Source: an uncultured delta proteobacterium (GTDB lineage Bacteria > Myxococcota_A > Polyangia > Polyangiales > Polyangiaceae). Taken from it: a stretch of 64,000 nucleotides of DNA. Of this stretch, positions 19,551 to 27,940 are shown in pieces. A program made the position numbers and the translations under genes. The notes beneath the pieces were generated by a model. That model made no database searches and was not told the origin of the DNA. It saw only the letters and a list, made by a program, of their open reading frames with translations. Within the stretch, counting starts at the first letter, position 1. Each line of letters begins with the position of its first letter. Where the stretch lies: positions 119,761 to 183,760 of the forward strand of contig CAWKKR010000002.1 of the NCBI GenBank assembly GCA_963850305.1, read 5' to 3'.

Positions 19551-20438
19551 TTAGCTGGCCTTGGCGGCTGCCTGAACGCCCTTCTCGGTCGATCGGATTG
19601 CTTCGTCGATGTCGTGGAGGGCGCGAGCACGCAGGTCCTTTGCAACTCCGTTCGTCTCCGCCTTCTCGATGTCACTTCGGGCGGCCTTGAGCGCGTCGAG
19701 CGCCTCATGCAGGCGACCCGCGCGCGGAGCGTGCTCGTCGACCGGTGGATGGTCCTGCAGGTCCTTGCCGTCATCGATGGCGGCTTGCTTGATCGCCTGC
19801 ATGGCATGATCGACGTCGGCGACGGCTTCGCGTTCGTCCCACTTCATCTGGTGATCGCCACCCTTGCGTTCCAGGTTCGCCCTCGCGGTGCGGAGGTGCG
19901 ACAGTGCTTGGAGGTACATGGGATGGGCCTCTCGAGGGGGCGGCGCTTCATGTCTCTCCTCCTCGTGCCGCGGCGGAGGCTCGGCGGGTCGCGCACCCTC
20001 CGGCTCCCACCCTCCTGCGACCCAGACATGGCCGCGCCCGCGCGGTTCCCAGTGCTGTTCCCTCCACCGTGCTTCGGGGCGGGGCTTGCGTTCGTAGCGT
20101 CCTTTCACCCAGACGTAGCGGCGGCCATCCCACCGGTGAAAGCCATGGACCCAAAAATACTCGGGGCCGGGTGAAGGCGGAACGGTCTCGGTTTGGGGAG
20201 CCGGAGCGGGCGGCGGTTCCTGTTCGACGACCACTTCGGCCGGCGCCGGTGCGGGGGCCGGCGCCGGTGCGGGGGCCGGCGCCGGCGCAGGTGTCGCTGC
20301 AACCGGGGGCGGAGGTGGCGGCGGTGCGGGTTGAGGCGCGGCGGCGGGCTGGATGGAGCCTTCTTCGTGAACCGTGCAGCCGAGCGCCAGCGAAGCGCCA
20401 ATCAGGAAGCTCATGGTGAGAGCAGACGTCTTGTTCAT
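19551..20438 (-). CDS. YXWGXW-repeat lipoprotein with a Pro-rich linker and helical C-terminal domain
   Basis: Lipobox ALGC; PAPAPA linker; YFWVHGFHRWDGRRYVWVKGRY and HVWVAGGW; HPMYLQALSHLRTAR domain. Confidence 0.8.
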   Translation of the reverse strand: MNKTSALTMSFLIGASLALGCTVHEEGSIQPAAAPQPAPPPPPPPVAATPAPAPAPAPAPAPAPAPAEVVVEQEPPPAPAPQTETVPPSPGPEYFWVHGFHRWDGRRYVWVKGRYERKPRPEARWREQHWEPRGRGHVWVAGGWEPEGARPAEPPPRHEEERHEAPPPREAHPMYLQALSHLRTARANLERKGGDHQMKWDEREAVADVDHAMQAIKQAAIDDGKDLQDHPPVDEHAPRAGRLHEALDALKAARSDIEKAETNGVAKDLRARALHDIDEAIRSTEKGVQAAAKAS

Positions 20439-20601
20439 TGGTTTCTTGTCCTCGGGTGCGGGGCCACCGAGCCCCTCTGTACGGAAATCAAAGGCTGACC
20501 CTTCCTCGGGCGGCGCATGATCTCACGAAAGAGTGCAGGTGCGCCAGTCAGTCGGACGTTCCTCCGCTTGCTCGCCTCCAAGGGCTCCCCTCGCCGGGCC
20601 T

Positions 20602-23049
20602 TTACAGGCTCCCGTGCATCTCGCCGGAAGGCGGATCGCTCGGGCGCGACACCGTTCGCGGGCTTCGGTTAGGCGGTCGTTCGAGGATCCACTGTAGAAC
20701 TTCGTCCGCATGGCTCACGTAGCGGAGCGCCAGTTCATCGCGCACTTCGGCCGGGACCTCATCGACATCGCGCTCGTTCTTGGCGGGGAGCACGATCTCG
20801 CGGAGGCCCGCGCGGTGCGCTGCAAGTACCTTGTCCTTCACGTTCGAGACGGCCAGCACGTTCCCGCGCAAGGTCAGCTCGCCCATCGCCGCCACCTCCG
20901 CGCGCGTGGGGATCTCGAGAAGCAAGGACGCCACCGATGCGAACATCGGCACGCCGAGCCCTGCGCCGTCGCGCGCGGAGCCCGCGCGGGGCACGTGGAG
21001 ATGCAGGTCCACGCTCTTCAACCACTCCGGGTCGAGCAAGAGGCGGTCCGAACGCGAGCGGACGTACGAGACCGCCGTGGTCGCCGACTCCTTCATGATC
21101 GGGCGCAGGCTTCCCGTGAAGTGAATCTTCCCTTTGCCGGGCATTCGCGTCGCCTCGATGAAGAGCAGCTCACCACCCGTGGAGCTCGCCCCGAGGCCGG
21201 TCGCCACGCCGGGTGACAGTTTTCGTTCGGCAATTTCCGGCCGGTAGCGCCGCGTGCCGAGGACGTTTCCGACGTATTCCCGTGTGGCCCGCTCCCCTTC
21301 GATGCTGGCGCCCTCCGCCAGCCGGACGGCGATGTTCCGGCAAACGGCGCCGATCTCGCGTTCGAGCCCGCGAACGCCCGCCTCGCGCGTGTAATGGTCG
21401 ACGATCGTTTCGAGGCCGTCGCGATTGAAGGCGATCTGGTCCTCCGTGAGGCCGTGCTCCCGGAGTTGCTTCGGCACGAGGAACTGCTCCGCGATGGCGA
21501 GCTTCTCGCTGCGGGTGTAGCCCGGCACCTCGACCACTTCGAGCCGATCTTCGAGCGCTTCGGGAATTTCATCTCGATCATTCGCGGTTGCGATGAAGAG
21601 AACCTGGGACAGGTCGAATGGCAGATCGATGTAATGGTCGACGAAAGTTCCATTTTGCTCGGGATCGAGGGCCTCGAGCAGGGCGGCTGCGGGATCGCCG
21701 CGCACGTCGGAGCCCATCTTGTCGACCTCGTCGAGGACGAGCACCGGATTTTTCGTGCCTACCTTGCGCAGGGCCTGAATGATTCGCCCCGGGAGCGCGC
21801 CCACGTAGGTACGGCGGTGGCCCCGAATTTCCGCCTCGTCGCGCACGCCGCCGAGGGAAATTCGACCGTAGCGACGACCCATGGCGCGCGCGATGCTCCG
21901 CCCGAGTGACGTCTTTCCGACGCCCGGAGGTCCGACGAAGAGGAGAATCGGCCCCCGCTTGTCGTTGCGGAGTTGCCGGATCGCCGAGAATTCCACGACC
22001 CGGCGCTTCACGCGCTCGAGTCCGTGGTGATCCTCGTCGAGGCAGCGCCGGACCTCGCGCACGTTGACGTGATCCGGCGTGCTACGGGCCCAGGGAAGCT
22101 CGGAGAGCCATTCGACGTAGTTCCGCGCGACGTTGTATTCGGCGGATTGCGCCTGCATGGACCTCAGACGCGAGAGCTGCCGGCGCGCGGCTTGCTCGGC
22201 TTCCGGCGGCAGCTCCGCCCGGGCGATCTTGTCCCGGAGCGCATCCACCTCGTCCTGATCGCCGGCCTCGCCGAGCTCGTCGAGGATCGTCCGCATCTGC
22301 TGCCGGAGCACATAGTCGTGCTGTGACCGCGTCATCTCCTCGCGGATCTGTGCGGCGATCCGATCTTTGGTGTGAAGGACGCCGAGCTGGCGCTCGACCA
22401 CTTCGAGGACGAGCCGCGCGCGCTCCCGCGGATCTATGGCCTCGAGAACCCGCTGCCGATCTTCGATGCTCGCGTGTTCGTCGGGGAAGTTCGACGCGAT
22501 CAGATCCGCGAGGGCTCCCGGCTCCTTCACGTTGTCCAGGATGCCGGCGGTTTCCTTCGGCAGGTCCGGCAAGAGGCTCAGCATCTGCCGGGTCTGCTCA
22601 CGCAGGGACTGCCCGAGCTCCGTCAGGGTGTCGTCCCCGACTTTCAGGTCCCGGAGCCGCTCGACCTCGGCGCGCATGTAGGGCTCCAGCCCGACGGCCC
22701 GGCAGATTCGAAATCGGCTCAGGCCGTTCAAGACGACGCTGTAGTTGCCCGGACCGAGTCGGATGACTTTCACCACCCGAGCCAGCGTCCCGATCTCATG
22801 CAGATCGTCGAACGTTGGCTCGACGGTCTCCGGAGACTTCTGGGTCACCACGCCGACGAGGGCGCGCTCTTGTCCCACGAGCTCTTCGACGACCCGGACA
22901 CTGCGCGGCCGACCGACGTTGATCGGCACGACCGACATCGGAAACAACACGGCATTCCGCAGCGGAAGAATCGTGACGAGATCGCGGGAATTCGTCGCTG
23001 AGGGCTCGGACCCCATTACCCGCAGGACAGTAGTACGACCCCGAGCCAT
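20602..23049 (-). CDS. lon: Lon (endopeptidase La) paralog lacking the catalytic serine
   Basis: LPLRNAVLFP N-domain; GPPGVGKT; RGHRRTYVGALPG; LDEVDK. The protease motif reads RDGAGLG instead of KDGPSAG. Start could be 23016. Confidence 0.93.
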   Translation of the reverse strand: MARGRTTVLRVMGSEPSATNSRDLVTILPLRNAVLFPMSVVPINVGRPRSVRVVEELVGQERALVGVVTQKSPETVEPTFDDLHEIGTLARVVKVIRLGPGNYSVVLNGLSRFRICRAVGLEPYMRAEVERLRDLKVGDDTLTELGQSLREQTRQMLSLLPDLPKETAGILDNVKEPGALADLIASNFPDEHASIEDRQRVLEAIDPRERARLVLEVVERQLGVLHTKDRIAAQIREEMTRSQHDYVLRQQMRTILDELGEAGDQDEVDALRDKIARAELPPEAEQAARRQLSRLRSMQAQSAEYNVARNYVEWLSELPWARSTPDHVNVREVRRCLDEDHHGLERVKRRVVEFSAIRQLRNDKRGPILLFVGPPGVGKTSLGRSIARAMGRRYGRISLGGVRDEAEIRGHRRTYVGALPGRIIQALRKVGTKNPVLVLDEVDKMGSDVRGDPAAALLEALDPEQNGTFVDHYIDLPFDLSQVLFIATANDRDEIPEALEDRLEVVEVPGYTRSEKLAIAEQFLVPKQLREHGLTEDQIAFNRDGLETIVDHYTREAGVRGLEREIGAVCRNIAVRLAEGASIEGERATREYVGNVLGTRRYRPEIAERKLSPGVATGLGASSTGGELLFIEATRMPGKGKIHFTGSLRPIMKESATTAVSYVRSRSDRLLLDPEWLKSVDLHLHVPRAGSARDGAGLGVPMFASVASLLLEIPTRAEVAAMGELTLRGNVLAVSNVKDKVLAAHRAGLREIVLPAKNERDVDEVPAEVRDELALRYVSHADEVLQWILERPPNRSPRTVSRPSDPPSGEMHGSL

Positions 23050-23152
23050 GTCCAGAACCGCGACGCCACGTGTAGGGAGGGACTTCGGTCGGGACCCCGC
23101 CGTTCTCGGACTTGGGTCCCGCCGACCAGACGCGCTACGGTACGCGCCTCGC

Positions 23153-23816
23153 GTGACCCGACCCGGAGTCCTCCTCGTTTTTGCCGCGACGATGACCGCC
23201 TGCGGGCCGGGCCATTCGTCGGTCGATCCACGTGACGTGCTCGCCGAGTACGCGCGAGATCTGGAGCAGGGACGCGTCGAGGCCGCCTATGGGCTCCTCA
23301 GCGACGACGCCAGAAAGAGCATGCGTTTCGATGCTTTCTCGCGAATGGTGAAAGAGGATCCCGAAGAGACGAAGGCCCTCGCCAGTTCGCTCGTGCGACC
23401 GTCCGGGACGCCCGTCGTCACCGCGACGGTGACGACGCCGGACGGCACGACGCTGCTCCTTCATTACGAGGGGAACGCCTGGCGCGTCGATCGAATCCGC
23501 GATCGATCTTTACGGCCAAGAAACGCCGGAGTTCGCTCTGCGGTCGTTCGTCCGGGCGTTTCGGAACAAGCGCTACGATATCCTGCTTCGATTCGCGCCC
23601 GACGCCAAGCGCGAGGGACTGGATGCCGCGAAACTCAAAGCCGCCTTCGAGGGCGAGCAGCGCGAGGACGTCGAGCGACTGACGCAAGCCATCGAGGCCT
23701 CCCTGCCGACGGCGACCATCGAGCTTCTGGGCGATCGCGCGACGATGAGCTACGGCGCAGGTGGCACCGTGGAACTCGTGCGCGAGCACGGGATCTGGAA
23801 AGTCGAGGACTTCTGA
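23153..23816 (+). pseudogene. Lipoprotein of unknown function, one-base frameshift near 23491 (probably an assembly error)
   Basis: GTG start, lipobox MTAC. After WRVD the next frame reads ESAIDLYGQETPEFALRSFVRAF...GIWKVEDF*, and its TGA overlaps the hisB ATG. Confidence 0.75.
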
Positions 23817-24406
23817 TGAGCCGAACGGCGACGGTCGAACGCAAGACGAAGGAGACGAGCATCACCGTCGAGATCGATCTCGATGGAACGGGGAAGTGCA
23901 CGATCGAGACCCCCCTGCCCTTCCTCTCGCACATGCTGGAGCAGATCGCGCGTCACGGGGCGTTCGATCTCACGGTGCGTGCGGCGGGCGATGTGGACAT
24001 CGACGGTCATCATACGACCGAGGACGTCGGGATTGTGCTCGGCAAGGCCGTCCTCGAGGCGCTCGGCGATCGCAAGGGCATCCGGCGGTACGGGTCCGCC
24101 ACGCTCCCGATGGACGAAGCGCTCGTCACGGTAGCGCTGGATCTGTCGGGACGGCCCTTCTTCGTATGGCGCGTGCCGATGCCGAAAGCGAAGCTCGGCG
24201 AGTTCGACAGCGAGCTCGCGGAGGTGTTCTTCGAGGCGTTCGCACGCTCGGCGCAGGCGAATCTGCACGTCCATCTCGTGGAGGGGCAGAACTTGCATCA
24301 CATCATCGAGATCAGTTTCAAGGCTCTGGCCAGGTCGCTCCGGCAAGCGACGGAGCTCGACCCGCGAGTCTGCGGCGTGCCTTCGACGAAGGGGTCGCTC
24401 GATTGA
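23816..24406 (+). CDS. hisB: Imidazoleglycerol-phosphate dehydratase
   Basis: RKTKET, FLSHMLEQ, DGHHTTED, PMDEAL, NLHHIIE and PSTKG motifs. Confidence 0.97.
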   Translation: MSRTATVERKTKETSITVEIDLDGTGKCTIETPLPFLSHMLEQIARHGAFDLTVRAAGDVDIDGHHTTEDVGIVLGKAVLEALGDRKGIRRYGSATLPMDEALVTVALDLSGRPFFVWRVPMPKAKLGEFDSELAEVFFEAFARSAQANLHVHLVEGQNLHHIIEISFKALARSLRQATELDPRVCGVPSTKGSLD

Positions 24407-24451
24407 GTTGACGGCCGCCGAGCTTCCGAGGGAAACGCCACGCCAAGAGCC

Positions 24452-25177
24452 ATGCAGGTCATCCCAGCCATCGATCTCTTGAGCGGACGCGCCGTGAGGC
24501 TGAAGCAGGGTCGTTACGACCAGGTGACGACGTACGACGAACCGCTCGAGACGATGGCGGGCGAGTGGAGGCGCGTGGTCGGGCGCCTTCACGTCGTCGA
24601 CCTCGAAGGCGCGAAGGCGGGGCGCGCGGTGCAGACGGACGCGGTGCGGCGCATCGTCGGCGCGTTCGGCGCGGGGGTGCAGATTGGCGGGGGGATCCGT
24701 TCGCTCGAAGCCGCGGAGAGTTATTTCTCGCTCGGCGTGGAGCGGGTCGTGCTGGGTACCGCGGCGATCCGCGACCCGGAGCTCGTCGCCCGCGTCGCTG
24801 CGGCGCACCCGGGGCGGGTCGTGATCGCCGTGGACGCCAGGGACGGCCTCGTCGCGACGGACGGGTGGCTCGACGTCAGCGAACGCCGTTCAGTCGACGT
24901 CGTGCGCGAGGTCGGCCGGCTACCGATCGCGGCAGTGCTGTACACCGACATCCAGCGCGACGGCATGGAAACGGGGCCGAATGTCGTCGAGACCGCCCGG
25001 CTCGCGAACGAAACGGGAGTCTCCGTGATCGCGAGCGGCGGTGTGGGCACTCTCGAGCATCTGCGAAGCCTGGCCGCGGCGGCGCCCGGCATCGTCGCGG
25101 CGATCGTGGGGCGCGCGCTTCACGAAAGGCGCTTTTCACTTCAGGAAGCGGTCAGCGCCGCCGCGCACGGCGGCTGA
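24452..25177 (+). CDS. hisA: ProFAR isomerase
   Basis: IPAIDL, LHVVDLEGA, QIGGGIRS, YTDIQRDG and IASGG motifs. Confidence 0.97.
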   Translation: MQVIPAIDLLSGRAVRLKQGRYDQVTTYDEPLETMAGEWRRVVGRLHVVDLEGAKAGRAVQTDAVRRIVGAFGAGVQIGGGIRSLEAAESYFSLGVERVVLGTAAIRDPELVARVAAAHPGRVVIAVDARDGLVATDGWLDVSERRSVDVVREVGRLPIAAVLYTDIQRDGMETGPNVVETARLANETGVSVIASGGVGTLEHLRSLAAAAPGIVAAIVGRALHERRFSLQEAVSAAAHGG

Positions 25178-25235
25178 AGCCACCTGGATTCTGGACGCGT
25201 CCGCGCGACGATGAATCGCGCTATCGTGGCGCGCG

Positions 25236-26588
25236 ATGGGAGACAACGAGCCGGAACGCCCGCGCTGGTCCGTCCCGCCGCCTCCCGGGGTGCCGGCCGA
25301 AGCGCACGCCGCGTCTCTCGGTGAAGAGTTTCTCTACCATCTTTATCGCGGCAGCGAGCTCCTCAAGGAGGATCAGTTCTACGAGGCCAAGTCCGAGCTC
25401 GAGCGCGCCCTGGCGTTCCAGCCTCGTGACGTCGAGGGGCAAAGCCTGCTCGGCGTCGTCTACTTCCGGCTGGGCCATTATCCGCGCGCCATCCAGATCT
25501 ACGAGGAACTGACGCGCGTGCGCCCGGACGAGGTCGCGCCGCGGGTCAATCTGTCGCTCTGTTATTTGAAGACCGGGCAGCTCCAGAGCGCGCGCGGCTT
25601 GCTCGAGGAGATCATCCGTCAACACCCGGAGCACGTGCGAGCCTGGGGGTACCTCGGGCTCGTGTACCAGCGCATCGGCGACTTCGAAAAAGCCAGCATC
25701 GCGTTCGAACGCGCAGGAAGACCTCAGCTCGCCGCCAGGCTTAGAGCCGCACAGGCCGAGGCGGCTGTCCCGGAGCCCGAGGCCGACGCCGCATCTCCGT
25801 CGAGCGTGCACGAGATTGCGCAGCACCATGTCCAGGCGGCACGCACGGTCCCGCCGCCGCAGGACGAGACCGCGGACGCCCACGCCTCAGCGGCGATGCG
25901 TCCCTCGTCGGGCGCGTATCCGGCGCCGGGCACGCGAGTCAGCGTTCCCGTGCCCTTCACTCGCGCGCTTCGTGACGCGACTCTCGTCTTCCCGGAGAGC
26001 CCGCGCCTCGTCCTTCACGAGGACGGAATCGTGCTGGCGCGTGTCGAACGGTCATTTCATGCGCGCGCAGATTGCGTCCGTGCGATCCGTCCCGACGCAC
26101 CGCGAGCTCTCACGACGAAAACGCCGCGCCGGCGGAGTCGCGGGCTGCCTGCGGATGAACCCCTCGGCGGCGTGTCCACGCCATTCGTCACCCTCGAGGG
26201 CGACGGGCGCCTCGTGCTGGGTGTTCCGCACGCATTCTCCGCGTTCCTGTCGGAACTCGATGGGGAGCCGCTCTACGCGCGTGAAGATCGGGTCCTCGGC
26301 TTCGATGGAGCTCTCGAATACGAGTGCGGACGCCTGGCACTTCCGGACGGCGATCATTCGGCGATGCTTCAGCTCGTCGGATCGGGCTTCGTCGTGCTGG
26401 CGACGCGCGGACCGGTTCACGGGATGGGCGTCTCTTCCGATCGTCCCGTGGAGGTTCGCGCTGCCCGTCTCATCGGGTGGGTTGGTCGGCTTCTGTCGCG
26501 ACCGGAGACTCCGGCGGACGAACGAGGCCCCCTTCGAGGTCTTCTGATGCTTTCGGGAAGCGGAACCGTGCTCGTCGACGGTGGCTGA
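25236..26588 (+). CDS. TPR-repeat protein with a C-terminal AIM24-like domain
   Basis: N-terminal TPRs (LLGVVYFRLGHYPRAIQIYE); C-terminal LEGDGRLVL, LVGSGFVVL and LSGSGTVLV repeats. Confidence 0.75.
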   Translation: MGDNEPERPRWSVPPPPGVPAEAHAASLGEEFLYHLYRGSELLKEDQFYEAKSELERALAFQPRDVEGQSLLGVVYFRLGHYPRAIQIYEELTRVRPDEVAPRVNLSLCYLKTGQLQSARGLLEEIIRQHPEHVRAWGYLGLVYQRIGDFEKASIAFERAGRPQLAARLRAAQAEAAVPEPEADAASPSSVHEIAQHHVQAARTVPPPQDETADAHASAAMRPSSGAYPAPGTRVSVPVPFTRALRDATLVFPESPRLVLHEDGIVLARVERSFHARADCVRAIRPDAPRALTTKTPRRRSRGLPADEPLGGVSTPFVTLEGDGRLVLGVPHAFSAFLSELDGEPLYAREDRVLGFDGALEYECGRLALPDGDHSAMLQLVGSGFVVLATRGPVHGMGVSSDRPVEVRAARLIGWVGRLLSRPETPADERGPLRGLLMLSGSGTVLVDGG

Positions 26589-26606
26589 CGCTGTCGGGCG
26601 GCGCGC

Positions 26607-26615
26607 TGCTATAAC
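26607..26615 (+). promoter_or_regulatory. Possible extended -10 element upstream of pgsA
   Basis: TGCTATAAC 12 nt before the pgsA ATG, in a short intergenic gap. Confidence 0.35.
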
Positions 26616-26627
26616 CGAGTCCCGGCA

Positions 26628-27302
26628 ATGGCGCTCGACGACCCTCCGAAGATCAAGGGACGCCTCCGCGATCCCGCGCGGATCGCCCGACGCCGCTCCC
26701 TGAAGCAGGACGCCGTTAATCTGCCCAACATCCTCACGATGGCGAGGGTCGTGGCGATCCCGCTCATCCTGCTGCTCCTCTCGCGCGGCACTCCCAAGGA
26801 TTGCGTGATGGCGGCGCTCGTCTATGCCGCCGCCGCCATCACCGATCTCCTCGACGGCTACCTCGCGCGCAAGCTTCACGTGGTGAGCGTCCTCGGAAAA
26901 TTCCTCGATCCCCTCGCCGACAAGCTGCTGGTCATGGCGACGCTTGTCTGGCTGGTCCCCATGGGCCGCATTTCGGAGTGGGCCGTCGTCCTGCTCATCG
27001 GTCGCGAGATTTCCATCACGGGACTTCGTTCGATCGCGAGTAGCGAGGGCGTCGTCATCGCCGCCGGCGAGGGCGGGAAGAGCAAGACCGCTCTCCAGAT
27101 GGTGGGCATCCTCTGCCTCCTCATCGGGTTTCCGTATCACCTGTCGCTCGGCTTTCTGGACCTCGGCATCGTCGATCTGGTTCACGTGGGCCGCTGGCTC
27201 ATCTACGTGTCGCTCTTCTTTTCCCTCACGAGTGCGGTGGAATACGTCGGGCTTTTCGCGCAGGCGGTCGAGGCAAAGGAACGCCGTGAACGAGAATCCT
27301 GA
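26628..27302 (+). CDS. pgsA: CDP-diacylglycerol--glycerol-3-phosphate 3-phosphatidyltransferase
   Basis: NLPNILT; TDLLDGYLARK...GKFLDPLADK; GKSKTALQ. Confidence 0.96.
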   Translation: MALDDPPKIKGRLRDPARIARRRSLKQDAVNLPNILTMARVVAIPLILLLLSRGTPKDCVMAALVYAAAAITDLLDGYLARKLHVVSVLGKFLDPLADKLLVMATLVWLVPMGRISEWAVVLLIGREISITGLRSIASSEGVVIAAGEGGKSKTALQMVGILCLLIGFPYHLSLGFLDLGIVDLVHVGRWLIYVSLFFSLTSAVEYVGLFAQAVEAKERRERES

Positions 27303-27364
27303 AGCCATTTTGCCGGGTCCGGCTGGACAGCGCGGAGTCGCCCCTGCTACCTAAGCGGCCGGCC

Positions 27365-27679
27365 ATGCGAATTCGTTCCCTCCTCCGTGTTCTGGCCATC
27401 GCGTCCGTTGCGATCGTTGCCGCCTCGGCCTGCTCGAACCAAGGCGAAGGACAGCGCTGCGACCCGAACAACAACAGCAACGACTGTACGTCGCCCAACG
27501 TTTGTACGCGCAGCACCAACAGCTCCATCGAGCCCTCGGGTTCCGCCATCTGCTGCCCTCCGAAGGGGCAGCCCATCACGTCCGAAGCGTGCCAGGGGAT
27601 CGTGAGCACCCAGTTCCAGAGCGACGCCGGATTGTTCGACTCGGGCGCCGACGCGGCCGCCGGGGCCAGGGACAAGTAG
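27365..27679 (+). CDS. Small Cys-rich lipoprotein
   Basis: Lipobox ASAC; QGEGQRC...C...C...CCP...C. Confidence 0.8.
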   Translation: MRIRSLLRVLAIASVAIVAASACSNQGEGQRCDPNNNSNDCTSPNVCTRSTNSSIEPSGSAICCPPKGQPITSEACQGIVSTQFQSDAGLFDSGADAAAGARDK

Positions 27680-27682
27680 TCG

Positions 27683-27940
27683 GTGTCCGTCGAGGGGCTC
27701 GTCGGATTCGCACAGGAGGCGCTCCTGCTCGCTGTTCGTGTGTCTCTTCCCGTCCTTTCGGCGGCCTGGGTCATCAGCTTCGTCGTTTCCGCGGTCCAGG
27801 GTGCGACGCAGATCGCCGATTCCGCGCTTGGTTACCTGCCCCGCGTGCTCGTGGTGACGGCGGTGCTGATCGCCGCGGGGCCGTGGATGGGTGGCCAGAT
27901 CGCGTCGTTTGCGGCGCGAGCATTCACGCTGGCGCCTTGA
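27683..27940 (+). CDS. FliQ/SctS (EscS) family export-gate small subunit, divergent
   Basis: 85 aa, two hydrophobic helices; EALLL...SLP...VQGATQIADSALGYLPRV...GPWMG pattern. Confidence 0.8.
   Translation: MSVEGLVGFAQEALLLAVRVSLPVLSAAWVISFVVSAVQGATQIADSALGYLPRVLVVTAVLIAAGPWMGGQIASFAARAFTLAP

Noticed and set aside
20239..20285. 18-bp tandem repeat
   Set aside because: It simply encodes the PAPAPA linker of the YXWGXW lipoprotein.
22745..24406. 553-aa lipoprotein-HisB fusion
   Set aside because: Produced by the frameshift near 23491. The lipoprotein has its own stop overlapping the hisB ATG at 23816.
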